Positions 1 through 11,278 of a stretch of 58,437 nucleotides of DNA are shown one piece after another. The stretch spans positions 1 to 58,437 of the forward strand of contig KZ987728.1 of NCBI GenBank assembly GCA_003614145.1. The letters are read 5' to 3'. The notes under the pieces are model-generated. The model saw nothing but the letters and a program-made list of their open reading frames with translations. It was not told the origin of the DNA and did no database searches. The stretch's first letter is position 1, and each line of letters starts with the position of its first letter. Made by a program: the position numbers and the translations under genes. This stretch comes from Piptocephalis cylindrospora (taxonomy: Eukaryota).

Positions 1-629
1 GAGGGAGATACATTCTATTCTACTGTTAGTTTCAATGCTATCGCTATCTTCCCCACACAAGCACGATGATGATATATATACGTCATGGTGGTTATTGTTA
101 CCTGGCTGGATTATGCAGAATGAACACCTTGGTCTATGATAAGGAAAGGGGGGATCATTTATCTCCATCTCTCTCTCAGATGATTGGTGTACTCACTCTC
201 GCTTTCTTTAGGTCATGGTCTGTAAATGAGTGTAATCTTCCATCCCATATCAATGCTATATGAGTATATCTTGCACTTTCCAAGACTCATGTTGGCTACG
301 TCAGCAGATACACCTTATCCTCGGGGGGAAAGAGTAAGATACGACGCTCTCGCTGCGCCATAGAGACGGATCATGGGATTTCAAAGATACAGGTACCTCT
401 CGAGGCTACTGAATGCTCGGTCAATATCATGCTGTTGGAGTTCTCTAAAACCTTCGCATCGCTGGAGGACACTTGGTCGACGTCATAAGATTGTAACTCG
501 CACCTCCCTTCTTCCCATAGCCCGAACATCCTAGAGGAGGATACAATTCCCTTGCATAGCAATACGCCTTTGATGCACACGTATTGACCTTACATTCCTA
601 TCTCCATCCCGCCCTAGCCATTTACTCCT

Positions 630-1521
630 TTATTTGGCGCTGACTCCCTTCAATGCCATTGTTGCTATGATCATCCTTTCCAGGTCTTGTATGTCATGGG
701 CGTCCTTGGAGGGATCCAGCTTGAAATACTAGGTGGCAAAGGGCACGCGTTTAGTAAAAGGGAGCGAGGAGCAATATCATAGAGCTCCCCCTCCCCCCTC
801 CCTCCTACCTTGCACAGTGCGGCCACATCCACATCCTTTCCAAGGTCCTTCTCTACACTCAATAGAGGACTATTTTCCCGGGTCATGGATCGTACCTTGC
901 TCTCAAACTACCCTCATTCAGGATACGTGATAGACGAACGGATGAGTAAGAAACAGAGCGAAAAAGTGAGTGCTGATGCGGACCAAAACACAGCGCTCAT
1001 CTACATACCTCGTTGTCATCCATGGGTGGACCAATGTGCAGGGCCAAAATGGGATGGGGGTCAGTCTTTACCCCGTACTTCGCCAACGATTCATTGATCT
1101 ATCTCACGGGAAAAGGCGTAAATGGAAGGAGATAGTCACATTGCATCCACGATGTCCCCAATTCTTACATTAGTGGTGGGGGAAAGATTGAAAAGGATCT
1201 CGGTGGCAAGATTATTAGTCCGAAGCCTTCCATCCTCTTCAGCCGTGATGGCCTTGTTGACTGCAAGCAGCACCGGAAAGATGCTGGTCAGCTATCAAAG
1301 GTAGAGTCATTGTGAGGAGTCATGGGATCTCTGTTCAGATGTTCTCTCCTTGCTCGGACGTATGCACCTACCATCCTCGCATCCAGGAACAATAGGAGGG
1401 AAAACTCCTCCGCGGTTGTAGAGGGCACCTTGCCATCCATGCTCTGGGACGGCCCTAGCAAAAGGGCTTGGACCGCCCCACGCTGAGGCCACATATCCAA
1501 TGTTTGTGTATAGACGCTCAT
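630..1521 (-). CDS. CGI121: KEOPS/EKC complex subunit Cgi121 (TPRKB), 5 exons, 186 aa
   Basis: Manually spliced exons 1521-1372, 1291-1169, 1098-1009, 907-809, 728-630, all GT..AG and phase 0. Product reads ...FLDARM|LTSIFPVLLAVNKAITAEEDGRLRTNNLATEILFNLSPTTN|INESLAKYGV...ALCK|YFKL...MIIATMALKGVSAK*, matching the Cgi121 signature (A.nKA..g.lrT.nl..Ei.f.LSP..NI.e.l.kfG; C-terminal mA.K). Confidence 0.88.
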
Positions 1522-2371
1522 GATCGTGAGTAATTAAGTGGCACTAAGGATAAAGGCAAAAGGAGGATGCCCAGCCTACAATCCATCCTGGCTTAACGCG
1601 TTGGTAAGGGAGGGTTTACATCCTCGTTTCACCTCCCTCAATATCCGACCATCCCCAATTTAATTGTATAAAAATTTATCGTCTTATAGGGAACACAGAC
1701 CTAAACCATCCCTAATTTGGGTTAAAAAAAATACATCCAAATTTCATCCTCTTTCCGCTGCCAGACGCCAATTTCCTCCTCAAAAATGACTCCTTTACCT
1801 TTTTTTACCTCGTCTATTCTGAGTGGCTAGTTCATCCTCTTTCTCTCTCCTTTCCAGACACAATCAGATTTCACTTGAGCCTATAGACTGTTCAGTATGT
1901 GCCAGAGGTGGGAATGTGCTGGAGATTCACCCTCCGCCTTGATGAGCAATGAACTCCCCCTTTTGCCGACCGACCTTTGCCCTCACCAAGTGCATCTCGA
2001 TCTCTTCTTCATCTGCATCTTCCTCATCACCCTCTACGCCTACCTATTTCTCCTTCCCTCCCGTTCATCTACTCAAGTTCCCTGGAGTTCCTACACTGAC
2101 CCAAAAAGATCATCTTCCTTAGTCCTCCCTCCTCCTCCCCCCGTGTACTCGGGATAGTGCATGAGAGTTTTGGCTTGACCCATTTGAACACGTCCTTGGT
2201 CCTTGGTCCTTTTGCCTTAATCCTCCTTCTCCTCCTCTCATTTCCATCAGCCCTGCGTACCCTCCATAGTCCTCCCTTATAGGACCCCGCCAAAGGTAAC
2301 TCCCTACTACTGCTCCCAAAAATTCGCAACTCATCCTTCCGTTCCCCGGTCGTAGTTATACCCTCCGTGGG

Positions 2372-5300
2372 ATGTCTCGGTCACCGGTCGCTTCGGCGCG
2401 CCTAACAAGCTCAGTCCCCCTTCTAGCCCCTCGTCCACCTCTCTTTCTCGCTCTGATCGCCCATCTTCTCCTCCTGGGCTATGCTCTTTTTGTATTTACT
2501 CGTGGCTTTCTCCTCTCGCGGATTGCCCTTCCTGATGTCTCCTCCTGCTCAAATTCTCCTGTTCCCGGCTCCTGGCCCTCACCTCCTTCTTCACAATCAT
2601 CATCTGCACCGGTGGGATGCTGGTCCTCCAGACCTCCCCCATACAAACATGCTCTGATTCTCCTGGTGGATGCCCTTCGCTTCGACTTTACCCTCTATGA
2701 CCCTTCCCTTTCCGAACCCATCCCACCTTATCGGAATAAACTCCCCATCATGCAGCATCTTCTGGATACTCAACCTCGTCGTGCCTTACGATATCAATTC
2801 CTCGCAGATCCTCCCACCACCACCCTGCAACGTCTCAAGGCCCTTAGTACAGGCACCCTTCCCACCTTCATTGATGCTGGCTCCAATTTTGGCGGTTCCT
2901 CCATCCTCGAGGATTCTTGGCTTACTCAGGCTGCCCTGGCCAATCGTAGCGCGAGTTTTGTCGGTGATGACACTTGGCTCTCCCTCTTCCCTGACGTCTT
3001 CCGTCTTAGCCATCCTTATCCCAGTCTGAACGTCTGGGATTTGCACACTGTCGACGAAGGTGTCCTTGCTCATCTTCCTTCCATGATGGAATCCAAAGAG
3101 GATACTATTCTTTTGGGTCATTTCCTCGGCGTGGATCATTGTGGTCATCGGTGAGTCATTATGGGGGGAGAAGTGTCAATCATCGTACCTCCCATCTCAT
3201 ATCCAACCCCCCAGGCACGGCCCATCCCATCCCGCCATGGCAGCAAAGTTAAAGCAGATGAACACGGTCCTCACCGACATCCTCGCTTCCATTGATAACG
3301 ACACTATTGTTTTTATCTTTGGTGATCATGGGATGGATGGTAAGGGGGATCACGGAGGTGATTCCCGATCCGAACTTGAAGCTGCTCTCTTTATCTACTC
3401 AGGCAGAGATTTGGATGAGAGAGGGGAGGAATTTGACCATCTACTTCGAGACATGGATCAGCAAGTCCAGATGCATGGGGGTGAGGCTAGCTTGGCCTCT
3501 TGGTCCGAGTCAATGACCGAGCAAGGATCAGAGACTCAATCCTCCTCCTCCTCCTCCTCCTCTACTCCCAAGAGATCTCATCGATCAGTCGCCCAGGTCG
3601 ACTTGGTCCCTACCTTGGCGATGGCTCTTGGCCTACCCATTCCCTTTGGCTCCCTCGGAAGTATCATTCCAGAGATATTTTGGTCCTCTCGTCCCCCCCC
3701 TCCCTCCCCCTCTCCCTCAACCACTCCCAATTTGGCAGAAACTATGAGGATTAATGCCCACCAGGTGGCTCGATACGTTCGCACCTACGCTGAACTCCCA
3801 GGAGCATCCAATGACCTACCAGAATCGGTGGTCCGGGGCCTTGAGGAAAGCCTATCCGAAGCAGAGGAATATTTCCTTGCCGGCAGATACACCGAAGCTT
3901 ACATCCTTTACATGACCTTTACCCGCTCTGCCCTCAGTGTGTGTCGAGATGCCTGGGCCAAGTTTGACATTGAGGCTATGTATGCCGGTTGGTGGAGCCT
4001 TGGTGGGGCTTTGGTTGGATTGGCCATTCTGGCTTCCACATCACGCATCTGGTTAGGGAAGACAGGGTCCCCGGTCGAGTCCACCCCTTGGAGAACCTGG
4101 ATGGGTGCTGGTGCAAAATGCGCTTTCCTCACCATTCTTCTTAGTCAATTGTACTCTCTTCTCCCGAGTTCACTCAAATGGTCTGGGTGGGATGAACTTC
4201 GTATCTTGGATCAGCTTCTTCTCCCGGGTCTCTTTGGTCTAGTACTATCCTGTCACTTACCCACTGGAGGATTAACATCACCTCAAACTGAGGGGGTAGT
4301 GGTGGACACAGCCCATATATCGGGTGGTAGGGAATGGAAGGCTCCGTGGAGAGGATGGACCGCGGCAGGGATCAGGTCCTTTGTCGGCGTTCTCCTTCTT
4401 GTTCTTCACGCCATCCTCTTTGCCTCCAATTCTTATTTAGTCCATGAAGATGGAGTGGTCACGGGATTGCTACAGACTCAAGGATTGGTTGATCTGATTC
4501 TTGTCTTATCCTCCAGTCTGCCGAGGGCATGTCAAGGGGAAGCATCTTTTGGACATGCTCTCGCCACGGCCTTCCCCAGCTTCTTACACATGGTCCTGAT
4601 CCGAGCCATCTCCTCCATTCACGAATGTCGTGAAGAGCAGCAGCCTGGGTGTATCTCCACCTTCTACGCCTCTCCAGGTGAGACTCACGCTGGGGTCCCG
4701 AGGCTCCTTGGAGCTATTATTCTCGGAGTCTTTCTGGCCCCACTAGCCGTCTCTCGGCTATATCGGTCCATGAAACGTCCCTTTCCTGATGATAGCAAGG
4801 GAGTCAGGGAGACAAATCTCCCCGTTTCCCTCCTCCTCTCTCTCTCCATGCTCTTCATGTCCGTTTACTGGGTGATGGAGGAGGCTGGGGTGGATTCGGG
4901 GGTATGGGAGAGCTTCAAAATCTGGGGTGCTCGGGCTGGATTGACTGGATGTGCCATTCTCCTTCCCATCGTGGTATGGAGCAGAGGGAAAAGTGGGGAT
5001 GGCCCAGGTCTGGGTTGGGCCACAAGTCTGGTGGCCATGGTTGCGGCCACTCTTCCTCCCTCGGGCGCCCTCATTCTCCTTTCTCTCCTTCCCCATGCCT
5101 GGATTCTACGGTCCGCATGGTCCAATCAGGATATTTCCTCTTCCCGGGCTCCATTTCACCGAGTGGTCACTTTGGCCCTCCTGGCCCAATTGTACTTTTT
5201 CAGCACGGGTCATCAAGCCACCCTTCCTTCTATCCAGTGGAGGGCCGCCTTTGTCGGCCTTCGCGATATCAACTGGGCCTTTTCTCCCCTTTTTGTCCTT

Positions 5301-5744
5301 CTCAACAGCGTGGGCTCATTCCTAGCATGTTCCATGCTTCTTCCTTTGACCCTTGGGGATAGGAAAAGGGCGACGATGGGGGTGTCCATGTCAAGGACCT
5401 CCTTCGTGGGGGAGGAACTAAACAAAAAAAGCGAACCATGTAGCAAGGAGGATCAGGTTGGTACTGTCCATATTGATCCTAAGCAGGCGAAAGCCTCATA
5501 TCAGGACGTGGCGAAGGTAGGCCTTTTATGGCTCCTTTATTGGACGGTAGTTCTATGGAGTGTGGCAGGATGGAGTATGTTTTTCCGTCGGCACCTCATG
5601 GTCTGGAAGGTATGGACTCCTCGGTTCCTCCTTGCCGCCATCACTTTTGCCCTTGCCATTCTTTCTTCCCTGATCATGGTTGGGCGAGCTCTTTTTTCCA
5701 TCTCTAAAGCCAGAAGTCAAGGTGGAAAGGCGAAGGTGAGATAA
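2372..5744 (+). CDS. GPI13: GPI ethanolamine phosphate transferase 3 (Gpi13/PIG-O)
   Basis: N-terminal TM with FTRGFLL; alkaline-phosphatase-superfamily motifs DALRFDF, ADPPTTTLQRLK, GVDHCGHR|HGP, GDHGM..GDHGG; many C-terminal TMs with FFSTGHQAT and RRHLMVWKVWTPRF. One intron at 3151-3214 (GTGAGT..CCCCAG) joins the two ORFs. Confidence 0.95.
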
Positions 5745-6452
5745 ATCCCCTAATGATGTCAATCGAATGTGTGCAAACGCACAGGGAGAGGATGGTGGTC
5801 CAGCTGGGCGAGGATATGGTGTGTCTGTAGCTGCGGGGATGATGAAGGGCGACCCATCCCAATCGCTTTTTTTTTCTACCAATAGATCGTAAGTTGTTAA
5901 AATGGACCCCGTGCTTTTCTTCCAAGGAACATTTTGTGTTATTACTAAAAAGGGGGATCGTTGAATAGAAGTGGATCAGAAACATGTGAGAATGTGACAT
6001 GATGAAGGCAATATCTGATTGGTTCCTAATAGCGGATCTTGGTAGTGTGAAGAAGGGTTTGAAACAAGATAGGATAGCAGTCTGAGATGTGTGGCTTGAC
6101 TCCCCCTTGCCCTCACAACTCACCTCTATATCCAATGTCAGGGGCAAGGGAATAAAGGGAGAGTGAGGGAAGGGGGGGATAGAGGAAAACTTGCCTCCAT
6201 CCCTCCCGACTCTTCGTCCAAAATGAAGGTACCCGTTCATTCTACCTACCTCATCAACAGACTCATCTATCTAAGAAGGGCTCCTCTTTCCTAAAGAGCT
6301 TAAGACTCTTTTATTCCGCCATCTATCCTCCCTTTCAATCTCTTTCTTATTCATCTACTTTTTCCTTTTCATCTTTAGACTATAAACCATCCCTCCTTAG
6401 ATCTTATCGATTCTCTCTTTTACCCATATTAATTATCTATTATATCCCTGTG

Positions 6453-8031
6453 ATGCAACCAACCAAGTATTTTCATGGCCGTGCCATCCTCCTTACGCTG
6501 ACGTTGGTTCAAGGAGCTATGCTTGTCCTTGCGGATTCCGCCCAGCCGGATGCAGGGTCTACTCCGAATGGTATGTGCCATTTGCCCCATAAAGGTGTGA
6601 GGGAACAGACTGGGGCAAGATAACCCTCCCTTCCTCCTCATAGAATTATGTTGTTCCACGAGCCGCATTATGGAGGAAACCCCGGGGAAACCTGGACATT
6701 GGTACTTTCGGGTCAGTGCGACGATGACCGAGGAGGAGTTGAAGAACACTGAGAGCGGTATGGTGTCTATTAACGTCCCTGAAGGATATCGACCTGTGGG
6801 ATGGGGAAGGGTTCCTCAGCCCAAGAATGGAAGCTTCCACTGCCGGGTCAATAAAAAGCGTACGGGATGGGAGTGTATGCGGAAGGGCCCAGGGGCCCTT
6901 TCCCCACTTCAACTGACGGTAAAATCCAAGGGAAAGACCTCTACGCCTCCTCGGGGGCTTGTGGTGGGGTATGAGGGAAAATCATGCTCCTCCAATCCAA
7001 CATGTCCTGTGGCATTGGTTGCCCAGGCAAAGAAAGCGGATGAGGAGGACTCAAACCCTCTTCCAGCGCCTGGAACACCCGAGGGTGAGGGGGCGCACGA
7101 GGAGCATGATGAGGATGAGGAAATGAAGAAGCAAGATGAGGGACAGACGACCGGGATGCTCAATGAAGCTGAACCAGGGGGAGAGGGAGCGATTAAGGGT
7201 ACGGACCGGGTAAGGCCGGGATCCGAGGTAAATGCGAACAATAAGGAAAAAAACAAGGGCACACGATCTGAACGGTCTGGGGACGGCAAGTCAAACCGGG
7301 CACGAACGGATGCGATGATTGGAGTGGGATGTGTTGGGGCTCTGCTTCTCCTGGCGGCCGGATTTGTGATCTGGAGAAGGGCACATGCTACGGTGAGCCG
7401 ATCAGGAACGATATCCCATCAGTACAAGAATGGCCCTTCTCGTACCCAATCACTCCTGTCCACGTATGCCTCCAGGCTCGGAGGTGGGTGGGGTCAGAGA
7501 AATGGGGGCGGGGCGATGGAGGAGGGCCGAGGAGGGGCCCGTCCGATCATCCCACTCGTCAGGCCTCGAAAATCAAAGGTAACCTCCACCTCCTCGTCGC
7601 TTACGCCCCTCGAGGCATGTTTGATGTCCAACTCAGGAACGAATGATTGGATGGAGCAGTGGGAAGGGATCCGTCTTGCTGCCAGGCTGGGCCCGGATAA
7701 CGAGTCTCTTGGGATCCTCCGGGCCATCTCCGCTCTAGAAACCCCAGCCCCACATTTTTCTAATAGCCGCCGAGCCGGTCGATCCCAGTCGATGCGCCAT
7801 CACAACCCATTCACAGCCTCATCCACGGAAGATATGATGATGAGGGACTCGGTGCAACGTAGCCTGACTCAACCGATGAACCGAGGATCTGGGGCCCTAA
7901 GTCTCCTTGGTCCTGGAGATGCGATCAAGGAGGAGTCGAGTGAGTCGGCTGTCCCGAGTGTGGACCTGGTAGGAGGGAGTAAGTCGGGTTCTACAGTGTA
8001 TCACAGTGCTGCACCCTCAGGACACCAGTAG
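6453..8031 (+). CDS. Orphan type-I membrane protein (signal peptide, small Cys-containing ectodomain, one TM, disordered tail)
   Basis: ATG 6453 gives MQPTKYFHGRAILLTLTLVQGAMLVLA (signal-like). Intron 6571-6643 (GTATGT..CATAG, phase 1) splices in frame into ORF 6670-8031. TM AMIGVGCVGALLLLAAGFVIW is followed by RR. Confidence 0.75.
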
Positions 8032-8276
8032 CCACATGTCAAGGAGATGGGTATGAGTCGTTGATCGACAGTTTTATTACTATGATGGTGGCTGGGAGCA
8101 AATAAATAGGATTATGTTCATTGGGATCAAACAGGGCTATCTGAGGTAAATTTACATGGCCATATGTATTGAAAGCATTCCCAATGGAATTGGAAGGGAG
8201 ATGTGTACAAAGAGAACGCAGAAACGCCCCTCTCAACACTTGACTCCGCCGATGACCTCCGATAGAGGTGTGTATC

Positions 8277-10181
8277 CTAGCTAATGTCATAGGGAGGCCT
8301 CCTGCCGACAATGACGGTGCAGCGGAGATAGCCATTTCCCTTACCAGATTCCTCAAGCATACGACGCATCCATCTGGTCCAGACCATCTCAGGGACCTCG
8401 CACTCTGGGGGAGCCTGGGTACGAAGATGGGACATCCAAGCTTTCATGAACTTCCCGACCTCTCGACCCACGGCACCACCCCAACTGCCGAGGGGAAGGG
8501 CGAATTCGCGGATATGAATATCCATGTATCCAATACCCTGCATCATGAGGGGAATATCGTCACTGACGCTGAGGCTGATGCCGCTTTGATTCAGGATGGA
8601 GGCGATCCATTTTGTGATCTCTTCACCGGAATTGCCACAAGAATAGGCCTTGCCGTCCATCTCCACAACCTCAGTCCAGCCTCCTGGCTGGGTCATCCTG
8701 TAGAGATCGGTGAGACAGGGGACCCAGGCACTGATGTTGATGCTGGATCCCAGACAGGTCTGTCGGATGAGGTCAAAAGTAGCGGTGGGTCCAGGCAGGG
8801 GCCATTGGACTGGAGAGCAATTGGGATAATGTTGAATATTGGTGGTGCAGCTCAGACCCTGGTAGGCGTCCCCGGTCGCCCCACCATTCCCAAGGACTAC
8901 GATGGTTGCGAGTGGGTGTTCATGGGCAAAGAACTGATGTGCAGGGAGAGGTGAGTGAAGGAGGAGGGAGAAGATGGGATGAGATGAGATAAACAGGGGG
9001 AGGGAACTTACTTCAGCCCATTTGGAAGTGCCTGGGTTGACATCGAGAACCTTGAGAGGTCCAGTGTTGAAGGGTAAAGGGACCAGATGGCTGCGCTGCA
9101 TGACATACCACAGAGCCAGATGGAGACTGGAAGCGGATTCCTCGGCGAGCCTGGCCTTTTCCTCTTCGGAGATGACCGGGGCCTTGCCGAGAGTGAGCAT
9201 GCGACTTCCTTGCTTCTCCATGAGGAGTCTGGAAGCTTCGGAGAAGCTACGGAAAGCCTGATTTTGCATGGCGGACAAGGCGTCCTCTTTTTCCTTATGG
9301 GCCTCGGTGGCGGCGTTCAAGGTATCCATGTCATCATCGTGATCGATGCCACGGGCGGCTCTTTCTGTCTGGGCATGCAGAAGGGCCATTTCATCATCCA
9401 TGTCCATTTTCTCTCGAACGCGGGTCTTGCTGCGGTTTCTTTGCCAACCACCACGGGTGATTCGGATCTTTTGAAGTGTCTCAGTGGACTGAGTACCTCC
9501 TCCGATGACCCCACGCAGGCCGCTTAGGCCGTTGAGAGAGGCCCTCTTGCCAAAGCCAGCACGGGAAGTGTGAGAAGGGTGAGAGTCCTCGGATTTGGGT
9601 TCTGATGGGGTGACGTTGGACCCAGAGCTCTTGGATGGGGTAGGGGTGATGGGAAGAGGGGCTGTGTGATCGATGGGGATCTTGTCCTGATCGACCCTCC
9701 CTGCACCCGCTCTCTCCTCCATACGGAGAAATTCGGCGAGGTTGATCTCGGAGGAGTTGGAAAAGGAGGAGGAGGAGATGGATGTGGAGGAACGGGATTT
9801 GGTGGAGGAAGACGAGGGTTTCCCACGGATGACTGGATACACGGAGGGGGATGAGGAGTTGGCGGAGGAGGTCTTGGATGGATGATTACTCGTGAGGAGA
9901 GGAGTGTACCCAGGAGCATAGGGAAAGTCGGTCTCGGGAAGGTTATCGACCCTCGGGGAAAGCTGAGGCTCGGGAAAGTAGGAGGTGGGGGAGGCGGAGG
10001 GGGACATACCCACGCGAGCTCGATGTCGGTTTCCGGGGGGGAGATTGGATCCTGAGGAGGATATGGGAGGGGTGGGAGCCTGGGTACCCGCAATGTTTGC
10101 TCGAGACTCACGGGCCGCCTGATTCTTGAATGAACTATCTGGAATTGACCATTCGGCGGGATGTGAAGGGGTGGCTCCCAT
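8277..10181 (-). CDS. Class I SAM-dependent methyltransferase-like protein with long disordered N-terminus
   Basis: C-terminal domain: LKVLDVNPGTSKWAE, WPLPGPTATFDLIRQ, LYRMTQPGGWTEVVEMD, LPLGSWGGAVG, typical of the fungal LaeA/TAM-like methyltransferase family. Likely start MGATPS at 10181. In-frame 78-nt intron at 9011-8934 (GTAAGT..ATCAG). Confidence 0.75.
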   Translation of the reverse strand: MGATPSHPAEWSIPDSSFKNQAARESRANIAGTQAPTPPISSSGSNLPPGNRHRARVGMSPSASPTSYFPEPQLSPRVDNLPETDFPYAPGYTPLLTSNHPSKTSSANSSSPSVYPVIRGKPSSSSTKSRSSTSISSSSFSNSSEINLAEFLRMEERAGAGRVDQDKIPIDHTAPLPITPTPSKSSGSNVTPSEPKSEDSHPSHTSRAGFGKRASLNGLSGLRGVIGGGTQSTETLQKIRITRGGWQRNRSKTRVREKMDMDDEMALLHAQTERAARGIDHDDDMDTLNAATEAHKEKEDALSAMQNQAFRSFSEASRLLMEKQGSRMLTLGKAPVISEEEKARLAEESASSLHLALWYVMQRSHLVPLPFNTGPLKVLDVNPGTSKWAEVSSLPLFISSHPIFSLLLHSPLPAHQFFAHEHPLATIVVLGNGGATGDAYQGLSCTTNIQHYPNCSPVQWPLPGPTATFDLIRQTCLGSSINISAWVPCLTDLYRMTQPGGWTEVVEMDGKAYSCGNSGEEITKWIASILNQSGISLSVSDDIPLMMQGIGYMDIHIREFALPLGSWGGAVGREVGKFMKAWMSHLRTQAPPECEVPEMVWTRWMRRMLEESGKGNGYLRCTVIVGRRPPYDIS

Positions 10182-10891
10182 GATCACAGTGTAGCCGTTT
10201 GGATGATGAGGACAGAAGGGAGGGGGAAAACGGTCCTCTGAGGAGGGGGGGGAGGGAGGAGGATGAATGCTATAAGGAAGGAATGAGAGGAAAAGGGAAA
10301 GCAATGATGCAAAATGGGGATAAACCAAGAGAAGGAAACACTGATGATGACTGAATGGATGGGATATATAGACATGCTGTATACAGCCGAGGGTGTGGAT
10401 ACGTCTTCCCCACCGCTCTCCCCACGAGAGATGCAGATGTGTCGGGTGCTCCCTGAGAGGAAGATAGGGGAGGATGAGCCCATGTATCTACATGATGTCC
10501 CTGGAACGGGACCCAAGAGCCAAGCTAGGAAGGAATTTCCAAAGGAGCTGCATGGAGATGTACGACTGAGAACATACGGGGGCACAGGGAAGAAAGAGGG
10601 CTCTGGGATACAGCATTGACTGTGGTCACTCCGACAAAGGGACAGGGGGCAGGATCTGGAGGGAAGCGACACTTAAGGTAGGCAGAGCGGGGGTGCATCG
10701 ACCGTGGACACTCCGCTCGACCCTCACCCGAGGCCCTCTTCCCTCCCTTCTTACATTCGCTCTCACGCAGATCCCTTCACAGTGCGAATGCACTATTTGA
10801 TTATTGGTTCTCCAGTCCATGCTCCCCAAGGTGATGCACAGAGTAGGGGGGGAGGGACCGTTAGTACCGCGTTGATCTGGGACATGGACCG

Positions 10892-11278
10892 CTATTGCTC
10901 TGACCCAGACAGGCTCTTAGCTCTCTCACTGCCTATAAAAACAAGGCGTGTAGGATTCGGTGAATGAGGGTAAAAGTGCGAGTGGGTGGGACTGAGTAGG
11001 GCCATGTGCAAGAGATGGTACAGGAGGATGTTCCAATCGTCCAGGCGATTCACCAGCACAAAGCGTTTTAACATCCTAAAGAGCGGTAAAAATAGGTCAG
11101 ATTGGATGATGAAATGCTGGGTATCATCCAGGGCTATGCGAAATGAGGACTCTTGGGCACGGAAGGACTGAATGGTATCCTGGGTCAAGGCAAGGCGAGC
11201 TGTATTTTCAAGCAACGTCCCTCTGCCATCAGCGAAACCCCTCTCCCCGGCAAATCCATTATTTATTTCCCCATGCAT
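10892..11278 (-). CDS. Hypothetical protein (128 aa ORF), unverified
   Basis: ATG-initiated, non-repetitive, protein-like composition, lying in an otherwise empty gap of about 2.7 kb. No family recognised. Confidence 0.3.
   Translation of the reverse strand: MHGEINNGFAGERGFADGRGTLLENTARLALTQDTIQSFRAQESSFRIALDDTQHFIIQSDLFLPLFRMLKRFVLVNRLDDWNILLYHLLHMALLSPTHSHFYPHSPNPTRLVFIGSERAKSLSGSEQ

Noticed and set aside
1..629. Short ORFs at the window start (66-263 plus, 371-580 minus)
   Set aside because: No recognisable motifs and no consistent exon chain.
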